A stretch of 64,000 bases of DNA, taken from a candidate division WOR-3 bacterium. Lineage in GTDB: Bacteria > Hydrothermota > 32-111. The translations under genes were made by a program, and so were the position numbers. The stretch lies in assembly GCA_037481815.1 (NCBI GenBank), contig JBBFKX010000001.1, positions 384,001 through 448,000 on the forward strand. The letters run 5' to 3'. The notes beneath the pieces were generated by a model, which was given only the letters and a program-made list of their open reading frames with translations, ran no database searches and was not told the origin of the DNA. This document shows positions 10,103-19,457 of the stretch, one piece after another (position 1 is the stretch's first letter; each line of letters begins with the position of its first letter).

Positions 10103-11407
10103 TTAACTTTTAATTTTTATTTTGGGGAAAGGATTTTCAGGGATAGCGATAAAGAAGCCCTGCCCGTATTTTATACCTATACTCTTCAAGGTTTCAAATT
10201 CCTCTTCAGTTTCGATACCTTCGGCTATTATTTCCGAGCCCAATCTTTCAGTAAAAGGAATAAGAGTTTCAAGAAGATCTTTTTTGATCAGATTTTTATG
10301 AATATCCCTGATCAGAGCCATATCGTATTTTAAAAAGTTTGGTTTCAACTCTGATATAGTTCTTAAAGAAGAGTATCCTGCGCCCATATCATCTATCGCT
10401 ATCTTGAAACCTTTATCTTTTAAAATTTTTACTGATTTGTCAAACGATTGATAATCGGTAACAGCAAGTTTTTCGGTTATCTCTATGACAACATTTTCTT
10501 TGGGAATAGAGTGCTCTTCAAGGAAGTTCTCAAATTTTTTTGACTTGAACTCAGGGTCATAGATACCTTTTGCACTCGAATTCAAAAAAAGTAATTTGCC
10601 ATTTAATTTTTCCGGTAAATGCAGAACAGCGTTTGTTCTACAGATTCTTTCAAGATCAAGAAGCATATCTGTTTCAACAGCATAGGAAAAAAGAATCTCA
10701 GAGTTTGAAAGAAACGAGTCGTTGGTTATCCTCGATAAAGCTTCATATCCAAGAATTTCACCATTTTTTAAATTGATTATCGGCTGATACACAGTGCTTA
10801 TCTCATTGTTTGCAATTATGTACTCAAGGTTTAAATCCCTGTCGAGTCGTGCCTCCTCTTTCTGCCTTTCAATGATTCTTCTTGCTTTATCGATCGCCTG
10901 AAAAATTGTTCTCTCCATTCTTCTTGTAGGACTTTTCGTGAAAAATGAATATCCTGTTCTAAAAACTTTTGTCGCAAATATATAGTTCGGTTCCCATCCC
11001 GGGAGTTCATTCTCTATTTTTGATTTGATTCTTCTTTCGATTTTTTCAACATCATCGTTGGAAAGTATGTTTCCGTTTTTATCGGTTGAAAGAAAAAGAA
11101 GTATCTCTCCACTTCTAACACCGGTAAGTGTGATGATGGTATTTTCGGGAAGAATATCTTTTTTCAAAAATGATATCGAATTGACCGTCTGTCTAATCAA
11201 CTTATCATACATCTGCCATCCATACAGCGACTCTATATCTTTGGTAATATCGATGTAGATCACAACAACTTTACCATAATCATCTGAGAGTTTTCTGATA
11301 TCCTCTATCACGAGAGGAAGAACAGGCAATCCTGTATTCATATCGAAAAGACAGCTTTTATACCTTAACCATTCAGTATGCATCTGAAAATAATCTTTTT
11401 CGTTCAT
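10103..11407 (-). CDS. c-di-GMP phosphodiesterase (EAL) with degenerate GGDEF-like N domain
   Basis: YEALSR, LFLN, IEITE, IAIDDMGAGYSS, LKYD, IAEGIE, GQG all present; GGDEF position reads RSGEI. Confidence 0.9.
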   Translation of the reverse strand: MNEKDYFQMHTEWLRYKSCLFDMNTGLPVLPLVIEDIRKLSDDYGKVVVIYIDITKDIESLYGWQMYDKLIRQTVNSISFLKKDILPENTIITLTGVRSGEILLFLSTDKNGNILSNDDVEKIERRIKSKIENELPGWEPNYIFATKVFRTGYSFFTKSPTRRMERTIFQAIDKARRIIERQKEEARLDRDLNLEYIIANNEISTVYQPIINLKNGEILGYEALSRITNDSFLSNSEILFSYAVETDMLLDLERICRTNAVLHLPEKLNGKLLFLNSSAKGIYDPEFKSKKFENFLEEHSIPKENVVIEITEKLAVTDYQSFDKSVKILKDKGFKIAIDDMGAGYSSLRTISELKPNFLKYDMALIRDIHKNLIKKDLLETLIPFTERLGSEIIAEGIETEEEFETLKSIGIKYGQGFFIAIPENPFPKIKIKS

Positions 11408-11417
11408 CAAAACTCCA

Positions 11418-11810
11418 TCAGTTTAAAATTTTAAATATTTTGTTAACTCTTGTTATCAACTCCTCAGGTGAGAATGGTTTTGTTATATAATCTATTGCTC
11501 CCTCCTGAAGACCGGTCAACTTATCCCTAACATCGGTTTTGCAGGTTAACATTGCAACAGGGATTTTTCTCGTTTTTTCATCAGTATGGAGCATCTTCAT
11601 AACTTCCCATCCATCAGTTCCAGGCATCATTATATCAAGCAGGATTAGATCAGGTTTTTCTTTCAAAGCCATCTTGATACCTTCATCACCACTCAAAGCC
11701 CCTATAACGGTGTAACTCTCATTTTCAAGTATGATCCTGATCAAACTTATTATATCCTCATCATCATCAATTATCAGTATTTTTTTTACCTTTTCATCTT
11801 TTTGTTTCAT
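11418..11810 (-). CDS. Single-domain response regulator
   Basis: ILIIDDD, LLDIMMP, MLT, YITKPF; no output domain. Confidence 0.95.
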   Translation of the reverse strand: MKQKDEKVKKILIIDDDEDIISLIRIILENESYTVIGALSGDEGIKMALKEKPDLILLDIMMPGTDGWEVMKMLHTDEKTRKIPVAMLTCKTDVRDKLTGLQEGAIDYITKPFSPEELITRVNKIFKILN

Positions 11811-13155
11811 TTTCCCCTCCTTTAACCTTTAAAGGTAAAACTATCTTCACATTTGTCCCCTTTCCAACAACAGAAGATACATCTATAGTTCCATAATGAG
11901 CATTAATGATCGTTTTTACTATTGAAAGACCAAGACCCATTCCTGGATACTTTTTCGAACTCATTTGTTCAACCTGGTAGAACCTATCAAATATTTTATC
12001 GATTTTATCTGCCGGGATTCCTATTCCAGTATCCTCAACTCTGATCACAGCATAAAGGTTGTTGTTATCCATTTTTTCGTATCCTGTTATAGTAATATTA
12101 CCATCCTTTTGAGTGAATTTCAAGGCATTATTTATTATGTTATCGAATGCTTCGATAAGAGCATTCCTGTCAGCATATATTGGTGTTTCAAGATTATTTA
12201 CTTCAAGAACAATTTTTATATTTTTTTCTGTTGCGATAGGGATATAAGTATCAACTATATCTTTTAAAACTTTTTTAAGATCGAAAATTTCCCTTTCAAG
12301 GTTTATGTACTCTGACTTTGCATATTTTATAATTTTGTCGATCTGGTTTAATATCGAGTTTACATTTTTTATAACAACCGTTAAAGCATCCTTCTGGGAT
12401 GGCTGCAGTTCACCCATTTTTTCAGAATACATATATTCAAGATATCCTTTGATCTTCGTTAACGGAGTTTTCAGTTCATGTGAAATATTTTCGATTACAT
12501 TTGATTTTGCACTGTCCATTTCCTTCAAGGAAAAATTTTGATCTTTTAAAATACTTATAACTCCTTTCAACCTTTCAATTTCACTTTCTCTCTTTTTTAC
12601 AATCTCATTTATAGTTGAAAATAAATCGTAGAACTCATCGCCGACATCTTTATTTTCAAGTTCTCCATTTTTTATCGAATCGATAATACTCAAAATATTT
12701 TTTTGCCTTCTATCTTTTAAAACAAAGATAAAATAAAGGATAAATGCGAACAATGCACTTCCAAAAATAAACTGTAAAATTAAAGCGAATCTAAATTTCG
12801 ACTGGGTCTCTTTATAAACAAAAAGTATCGATCTATTCTCATTTGGAAGATTGTACTTATAAATTTTGGGATAGGACGAAAGATCTTTCATATCAAACAT
12901 TTCATCTTTATAGATTATACTATTTTGATAGAAATTTTCGTTATCAAAAACGATCACAGCAACAAGATCCTCATCGATTAAGGAAATCTCTTGTTTTGTG
13001 AGTGTTTGCTGAAGATATCTCTCACTTTTATTTTTAAGATGTATATCAACAAGTTTATCAAGTATTAGATTTACAAGAACTGAAACGAAAAACCAGAAAA
13101 CTAAAAAGGAAAATAGAAAAACCAGAAGATAAAAAAAAGTTTTATCCTTTTTCAT
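11794..13155 (-). CDS. Membrane sensor histidine kinase (HisKA plus HATPase)
   Basis: Two TM helices; ISHELKTPL, NIINNALKFT, VEDTGIGI, FDRFYQ, GMGLGL. Start placed at ATG 13155 from promoter position. Confidence 0.93.
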   Translation of the reverse strand: MKKDKTFFYLLVFLFSFLVFWFFVSVLVNLILDKLVDIHLKNKSERYLQQTLTKQEISLIDEDLVAVIVFDNENFYQNSIIYKDEMFDMKDLSSYPKIYKYNLPNENRSILFVYKETQSKFRFALILQFIFGSALFAFILYFIFVLKDRRQKNILSIIDSIKNGELENKDVGDEFYDLFSTINEIVKKRESEIERLKGVISILKDQNFSLKEMDSAKSNVIENISHELKTPLTKIKGYLEYMYSEKMGELQPSQKDALTVVIKNVNSILNQIDKIIKYAKSEYINLEREIFDLKKVLKDIVDTYIPIATEKNIKIVLEVNNLETPIYADRNALIEAFDNIINNALKFTQKDGNITITGYEKMDNNNLYAVIRVEDTGIGIPADKIDKIFDRFYQVEQMSSKKYPGMGLGLSIVKTIINAHYGTIDVSSVVGKGTNVKIVLPLKVKGGENETKR

Positions 13156-13162
13156 TATAATG

Positions 13163-13191
13163 ATTATAAAACTTTTTTGTTGAAAAGACAA
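13163..13191 (-). promoter_or_regulatory. Putative leaderless promoter of histidine kinase operon
   Basis: TTGTCT-N17-TATAAT, 7 nt before ATG, no SD. Confidence 0.6.
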
Positions 13192-13199
13192 TAGAATAG

Positions 13200-16100
13200 T
13201 TAGAATCTAAACAGAGTCCAGAAACCCAAACTTATAAGTTGTCTTTTATCTCCCCTTTTTCTATCCTCACTTCTTGAAAATGTAAAGTTAATACCACCTG
13301 ATATATTGTTTGTAAAATTGTAATCTGCTCTCGGTTTGATATCATAAAGGATTTTATCCTCAACAAGGTTGTTGTTTGTGATATCAAGATCCTGCACTTT
13401 CGTATAAGAAAAATCTATTCCAGTATTCAAAGTTGATTTGAATTTTATCATCTTATTTATAATAGGGATGTTGATGCCCGATGGGGAAGAAAAAGCATAA
13501 TTGAAAGATAGAGTGTTGGAGTATGTTTTATTTTCTCTTGAGATTTCAACACCTGAATAAGAATTGGAAAGTGATTTTGTATAGTTAAAATTGTAATTGA
13601 AATTTAAATTGAAAAATGTTGCTCCTGATAATCCTATAAGTGGATAAAAATCAAGAGAATTACTATTTCTGTTTAAAATAGTATCGTTCATGAATGAAAA
13701 TATTTCTCCATTAGAAACACTTGTCGTAGCGTTCAAATATCTGAAAAACTTTTCAAGAGGTTTTATCTGCTCTACATTTGACACTGTCAAAGAGATGTTT
13801 GGCCATTTTTTATTTGTGTCTTTGATTATATTCTGGTTCTGCGCGCTCCTGTTATACGAAAAAGAATATGATCCTCTGATATCAAAATTCCATATGGATA
13901 CACCCGATGAGAAAGAATATGAATAGTTGTTGTTGTTTCTTACCTGAGAATATGAAGAAAAGTAATCTGATGGCAAACTGTCAGAAATTCCTAATTTGAA
14001 CAAAAATGATGGATTCTCTTTAACATAGTTGAACGATAAAGTTCTATTTGTAGAAAGTGAATAGTTTAGACCAGAAAAATTGTTCAAAAATCTTTCAAGG
14101 TAAATAGCGATCCAGTGAGGAGAACCTGTCAATGCGATAGAATCTTTTGATTCATCCCTGATCTGAGTTATAAGTTTTAACAATTTTGCATAATCAAAAT
14201 TCCCGTTCAAAGATAATCTTGTGTTCTGGGAAAGATCTGTTGAAAATAAAGAATCGAGAGAGTAAAGATTACTGTTGTTCCTTTCCGAATAACTTGTTGA
14301 AATATTTAATGAGTGAGTTAACTGTTTTATAAAAACCGGTGTGTAGTTTATATTAACATTATTGTTTTCTCCAACCTTTTTTCCTAAAAATCCCAAAAAT
14401 TCATTATCCTTCTGTAAAAAGTCATGTATTTTACTTTCCGAATAGTTCAGTTCGAGGGATCTAAAAATCTTGTATCTTGTCGAAAAGGATCTGTTGAAAT
14501 TCTTCAAAAAATTTTCTCCTACATTTACGAAACCATTCTCACCGAGCAGAAATGACTTCGTTTCATTCGTTGAATAGGAAAGATTGTAATTGATGTTTGA
14601 AGGGAAATAATAAAATTCAAAATTTCTGAAAATTTTTATTGGCACAATGTTAAAGTTATAGCCAAAATTTGAAGATAAAGAATTTGTTTTTGTTGAATCG
14701 GTTCTGTTATACGTTAAATTGTTTGATGATGAGTTTGCATAGGACAGTGAAGGTATATCAAAAATATAATGTAGAAATCTGTTTGTAAAATTGTTAGATC
14801 TTTTAATACTTGCACTGAAATTTGTAGATGTTGTGAAATTTGAAAACCTTTTAATCTCTTGATCTGTAAGAGTATAATCTGAACCGATATAGTAAACCGG
14901 TCTGTTGGTCGATTTTGAATAGGAAAAAGTTACGGGTGAAACGATACCAAAAAATTCTGGTAAAAGTTTTTCACCGTTCAATGAGAAAGAAAATCTATAG
15001 TTGTTGTTGAAATTACCTGAACCATATTTATCACTAATAGTTTTAAAGTATGGATTTTTTATCCCGCTTAAAAATGATATGTTTAAAAGTTCAGGGATTT
15101 CAAGATTGGATGATATATCTCCCGCATAACCCAATTCGTTCTTTGGATTAATCACCATTATATCATCAACCCAGATCTCTGTAGATTCAGCACTATTTCC
15201 AATATTTTGAACATAGAGTTCAAGATAACCAATATTTGTTAAAGATGGAGAACCAGAAAATCCATATATATCTTTTTCAGCAAAAGATTTATCAAGGTTG
15301 TTCTTCTTCAAATTCACAAGTGAATCGAGAAACACCGTAACCGTATCCCATTTGGTCGTTGGAGTATACTTTATGAAATAGTAGTTTAAAGAATCACCTC
15401 CAAATTTTAAATAGAAATTGAACGAATCAGAATTTGTAGATCTGATATAAAACTGAAGCATCTGATACCTTTCATAACTCTCTCTTACTGGCAAAACTTT
15501 GTAAACTTTTCCAGACTCGTTGTGATAAAAATTGTTACAATAGATAACCATCGATTGTTCTCTTTTGGGTTTACCGTTAAAATCAACTCCTGGATTGTAA
15601 GGTGGATAATAATCAGGATCGGTTTGATTGTTTTTTGCTCCAAAGAAAAATTTGGAACTATCACCGTTTACAATCCTGCTTTTCCACTTGTTTGTTATCA
15701 TCGAAATCTGATAGATTGAGAGCGTATCACTTCTTGAAACTCCATACCAATAAAGACGGGCATATTTTATGTATTTCAAATCGGGATTTCCAATTTTCTC
15801 AACTGAGGATGATTGTATGGGGATTCTGTAAAGTTTCCAGTTTGTGATTGGATTTTTGTAAACAAGGTTTTCATCAGAGGTTAAATTTATCGTAAATCTA
15901 TAATAGTCATCTCTATTGTTCAAAGAACCATCCCTATCAAGATCCTCAGTATCAAAAAGATTGTTATTTTCTATTCCATTTATTTTTTCATAGTAATATT
16001 GTTGAGACAATGAATAATAATAATCATCGTTACCATCATCACCTGGAACATTCAAAGAGTCAGAACCGTAAACACCATCAAGTCCAGTATCCTCATTAAC

Positions 16101-18620
16101 ATCAAGTATTCCATCATTGTTTTTATCCTCAGTTTGTAAAATACCATCTGGACCAGTAAGAGTTTTATCCTTTCTTCTTCTGATCATATCTTCAGGAATA
16201 TTTTTACCTACTTCTAAAACAACATTACCTTCATCACCTTTAACCCAGATTTCCAAAAACATCATATCTGTAAGATCGATTCCAGTTCTTGAGATGATTT
16301 GGTTCAAAGAGACGAATGTGTTCGTAGAGGAAACTGAATTGTCCATAAAAATCTTCATCACTGAAACATCTTTTGTTTTCTCTACATCTGGTAACAATGA
16401 ATTTATATTACCATTTAGTTCAATCGCGTTATACCAATAATACTTGTAAGAAAGATCGTTTGGATCAAAACCAAAAGGTAAAGAACCAAAAACCCATGAT
16501 TTCCTATCTATAGACAGATCGTTTGAAACAATAACCGATTCCATATTTTCGATCGATGCTTTTTTAGCACTGTTGTTTTCAGGTTTCGAAAGAGCCATTT
16601 TTGAAACAACTGAAAATTTTGATGGAGAAGTAGTATTGTAGAATGGTAAAAAGTTTGCAAGATCACTTAAAGAATAAAAATTTTCATTGTATGAAATATC
16701 ACCCTCTCCAAGAAGTATCTCCTGCGGTTCCTCTCCTATTTTTGGGTAATCTTCAAGATTGTATGAAAGAGTGTTGTATAGCCAGTTTGAGTTTGCAAAA
16801 AGTTTATCAGAAAGTTGATAATCAAAATGCATTCCCAAAAGGTTTTTAGACGTTAGAGAAAGAAATGGCGAGTACTGATAATCTATTGTTATCTGTGCGT
16901 TTGGGGAGTTTACAACATCAGTTAAAAAATTCACTATCCCATATTCATAATCGATAGTGTAATCCTTATCTCTTGTTAAAGTCACCCCGTTAACTCTAAC
17001 AATTTCAGATCCTTCGATTATGTTAAAAGTTCCCAGTGAATAGACGGATTGACTACCACTATATTTGATATCAAGATAATATTTTCTTCCAACAGAAGTT
17101 CCACTTTCTATTGTCCAGTAGATAATAGAATCCTTATCGATCAAACTATCTGAATCGAAAGGATAAAGAGATGGGAAAATCAAAAAACCCCTATTGAAAT
17201 CTACATAGTTTAAATCAACTTTACCATCACTATTTTGATCGAGTCCCAAAAGTTTAAGATAGGTTGTATTCCCCTGTAATTCATAATCCTCTCCAGATCC
17301 TGTGTTAACTTTTTTTATCGAAAGTTTAAAACTTTCTGGAATGATATTTTTAGAGTTGAAAGAATAAACATTCTTCATCATATATTCCCAGGTTGGAGAA
17401 AAAGGATAGTCGTCCTTCTGTTTTATTATTTTTAAAACCAATGTATCAACATATCCAAAATTCCCAACAGTATCGATCTTTCCATCAGACCTTTTAACGA
17501 TATAAGAGATTCCGATCACTTCTGAAGATGCAAGTGTAGAAGTGAATTCTATGAACTGTCCATTCTTATAATAGATGTAGTCCTTATCTTCCCCCGGTAT
17601 CATCAAAGAAAAATTACCAACAAAAAGAAGTGAATCCCCAGTTAATGGATTTAAATATAGTTTCGCTGGTAACACTCCCTCTTCATCGTTATTTGTCCCT
17701 ATACCATCATCTTTATACACATTCAGAAGTATTATAGAATCTGAAGAAGAAAGACCCAAAAGAAAAAATCTATTTTTTTGATAATCTATATCATATATTC
17801 TAATAGAATCAACACTCGTATTTCCGACGAACTGTTTCTGTTCATTCTCTCCAGATTCTTTTGAAGCAACAAAAGTGAAATTCAATCCTCCGAGTTGTCC
17901 ACTTCCCTTTATTCCAAAAAGTCCTTTGTGTTGAGGTGTTCCACCGATAAGTTTTATTCCGGGTAGAGTCAATGAAACATCTCCCGCTTGAACGGTTTGG
18001 AGGATATCATCATCGAGCCCTTTATATTCAAGAACAACAGTGTTATCAGATTTTTTTTCAGTTTCACTGTTATGTTTCAGGTTGACCTTTATCCTTTCTC
18101 CAACACTTCCAGTCACATTTACTATGAGTTGTTGTTTAAGCATGAACTCAGGGATCCATGAAATATTTGCGGTTCCCTTTTCAATTGCGGTTAGATCGAA
18201 AGTTTTGCTACCTGAATAATCGATTCTCTCAGATCCTTCTACAACAAGTTTTCCACCTTCACCGAAAAATGATGTCATCTTCCCAAAAGTAATAGGAATA
18301 TCTATATCACCAATAAGACCAGTTGAAGTTGAAGTTTTAAACGATTCTTTGAAATTCGCAGTCAACATATCTCTGACAATTTTTTCATTTTTCTGTGAAA
18401 AATAGAGTTCTTTTGTTTTTATCGAATCAATTCCTAAAAAATAATCTTTGTAAAAACTTTTGAATATAACGAGGTTGTTCACCTCATCAAATTCGATCGT
18501 CTGTTTATATCCATCAAACTCCTTTTTGTATTCCAGAAATTTTTTTTCAAGATTCAAGATCTCTTGAGAGAAAACGGATATGAAGAATATAAGTGGGAGA
18601 AAAAACTTTAAAATTTTCAT
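13200..18620 (-). CDS. sprA: Type IX secretion system translocon SprA/Sov homolog
   Basis: Signal peptide; VNVTG.VGE.IKV, EYKG.DDDILQ.VQAGDVSLTLP, KGLFGIK, IIEGSE.V.VNGVTLTRDKDYTIDY..G, TEDLDRDG, WKLYRIPI; long beta-barrel region ending in an aromatic residue (FRF). Confidence 0.88.
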   Translation of the reverse strand: MKILKFFLPLIFFISVFSQEILNLEKKFLEYKKEFDGYKQTIEFDEVNNLVIFKSFYKDYFLGIDSIKTKELYFSQKNEKIVRDMLTANFKESFKTSTSTGLIGDIDIPITFGKMTSFFGEGGKLVVEGSERIDYSGSKTFDLTAIEKGTANISWIPEFMLKQQLIVNVTGSVGERIKVNLKHNSETEKKSDNTVVLEYKGLDDDILQTVQAGDVSLTLPGIKLIGGTPQHKGLFGIKGSGQLGGLNFTFVASKESGENEQKQFVGNTSVDSIRIYDIDYQKNRFFLLGLSSSDSIILLNVYKDDGIGTNNDEEGVLPAKLYLNPLTGDSLLFVGNFSLMIPGEDKDYIYYKNGQFIEFTSTLASSEVIGISYIVKRSDGKIDTVGNFGYVDTLVLKIIKQKDDYPFSPTWEYMMKNVYSFNSKNIIPESFKLSIKKVNTGSGEDYELQGNTTYLKLLGLDQNSDGKVDLNYVDFNRGFLIFPSLYPFDSDSLIDKDSIIYWTIESGTSVGRKYYLDIKYSGSQSVYSLGTFNIIEGSEIVRVNGVTLTRDKDYTIDYEYGIVNFLTDVVNSPNAQITIDYQYSPFLSLTSKNLLGMHFDYQLSDKLFANSNWLYNTLSYNLEDYPKIGEEPQEILLGEGDISYNENFYSLSDLANFLPFYNTTSPSKFSVVSKMALSKPENNSAKKASIENMESVIVSNDLSIDRKSWVFGSLPFGFDPNDLSYKYYWYNAIELNGNINSLLPDVEKTKDVSVMKIFMDNSVSSTNTFVSLNQIISRTGIDLTDMMFLEIWVKGDEGNVVLEVGKNIPEDMIRRRKDKTLTGPDGILQTEDKNNDGILDVNEDTGLDGVYGSDSLNVPGDDGNDDYYYSLSQQYYYEKINGIENNNLFDTEDLDRDGSLNNRDDYYRFTINLTSDENLVYKNPITNWKLYRIPIQSSSVEKIGNPDLKYIKYARLYWYGVSRSDTLSIYQISMITNKWKSRIVNGDSSKFFFGAKNNQTDPDYYPPYNPGVDFNGKPKREQSMVIYCNNFYHNESGKVYKVLPVRESYERYQMLQFYIRSTNSDSFNFYLKFGGDSLNYYFIKYTPTTKWDTVTVFLDSLVNLKKNNLDKSFAEKDIYGFSGSPSLTNIGYLELYVQNIGNSAESTEIWVDDIMVINPKNELGYAGDISSNLEIPELLNISFLSGIKNPYFKTISDKYGSGNFNNNYRFSFSLNGEKLLPEFFGIVSPVTFSYSKSTNRPVYYIGSDYTLTDQEIKRFSNFTTSTNFSASIKRSNNFTNRFLHYIFDIPSLSYANSSSNNLTYNRTDSTKTNSLSSNFGYNFNIVPIKIFRNFEFYYFPSNINYNLSYSTNETKSFLLGENGFVNVGENFLKNFNRSFSTRYKIFRSLELNYSESKIHDFLQKDNEFLGFLGKKVGENNNVNINYTPVFIKQLTHSLNISTSYSERNNSNLYSLDSLFSTDLSQNTRLSLNGNFDYAKLLKLITQIRDESKDSIALTGSPHWIAIYLERFLNNFSGLNYSLSTNRTLSFNYVKENPSFLFKLGISDSLPSDYFSSYSQVRNNNNYSYSFSSGVSIWNFDIRGSYSFSYNRSAQNQNIIKDTNKKWPNISLTVSNVEQIKPLEKFFRYLNATTSVSNGEIFSFMNDTILNRNSNSLDFYPLIGLSGATFFNLNFNYNFNYTKSLSNSYSGVEISRENKTYSNTLSFNYAFSSPSGINIPIINKMIKFKSTLNTGIDFSYTKVQDLDITNNNLVEDKILYDIKPRADYNFTNNISGGINFTFSRSEDRKRGDKRQLISLGFWTLFRF

Positions 18621-19450
18621 AACAGAGAATACAAAATTTTTAAATCGTGCTCATAATCTGAAACATCACCTGGAACTTCGAGAATCATCGGATGATCTTT
18701 AAACCTTTTATCCTTTAAAAGGATTTCAAAAGATTTTAATCCCAAAAATCCTTTTCCGATGAACTCATGTCTATCCTTTCTCATATTCAGGTCGTATTTG
18801 GAATCATTCAAATGAAAAAGTTTTAATTTTTTCAAACCTATAACACTGTTAAAAGTTGCAAATGTTTTTTCAAAAACATCCTGTTCTCTGATATCATAAC
18901 CTGCTTCAAAAGTATGACATGTATCATAACATACAAACAATCTCTTTTCATATTTTGTTTTAGAGATTATATCCCTTAAATGTTCGAATCTGTATCCTAT
19001 CGAACTTCCCTGTCCTGCTGTCGTTTCAAGAAGTATATTTCCATAATCGATCTTTTCAAATATTATATCAAGTCCTTCTGCAACTCTTTTTATCCCATAC
19101 TCTTCCCCTTCTCCCATATGGTTACCAGGATGGAAAACAACATCATCTATTCCGAGTTTCTCGGCCCTTTTAAGATCATCAATTAGATTCTCAATACTCT
19201 TTTTGAAAATCTCTTTATCTTTTGATGCAAGATTTAAAAGGTAAGAAGCGTGTATGTTCACATATTTAACATCAGAAGATTTAAAACCTTTCTTGAAATA
19301 TTCTATTTCCTCTAAATCAAAAAACTTACTTTCCCATCTCCTCTGATTTTTCGCAAATATTTGAACCGCTGAACATTTGATCATGTCAGCGGTTTCAAAC
19401 ATTTTTAAAAAACCTTCAGAAACTGAGAGGTGTGCCCCTAAAAATGGCAT
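18617..19450 (-). CDS. nfo: Endonuclease IV
   Basis: GAHLS, HASYLLNLAS, FHPG, LLETTAGQG, DTCH, HLNDSK, DRH. Confidence 0.96.
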   Translation of the reverse strand: MPFLGAHLSVSEGFLKMFETADMIKCSAVQIFAKNQRRWESKFFDLEEIEYFKKGFKSSDVKYVNIHASYLLNLASKDKEIFKKSIENLIDDLKRAEKLGIDDVVFHPGNHMGEGEEYGIKRVAEGLDIIFEKIDYGNILLETTAGQGSSIGYRFEHLRDIISKTKYEKRLFVCYDTCHTFEAGYDIREQDVFEKTFATFNSVIGLKKLKLFHLNDSKYDLNMRKDRHEFIGKGFLGLKSFEILLKDKRFKDHPMILEVPGDVSDYEHDLKILYSLL

Positions 19451-19457
19451 ATAATTC

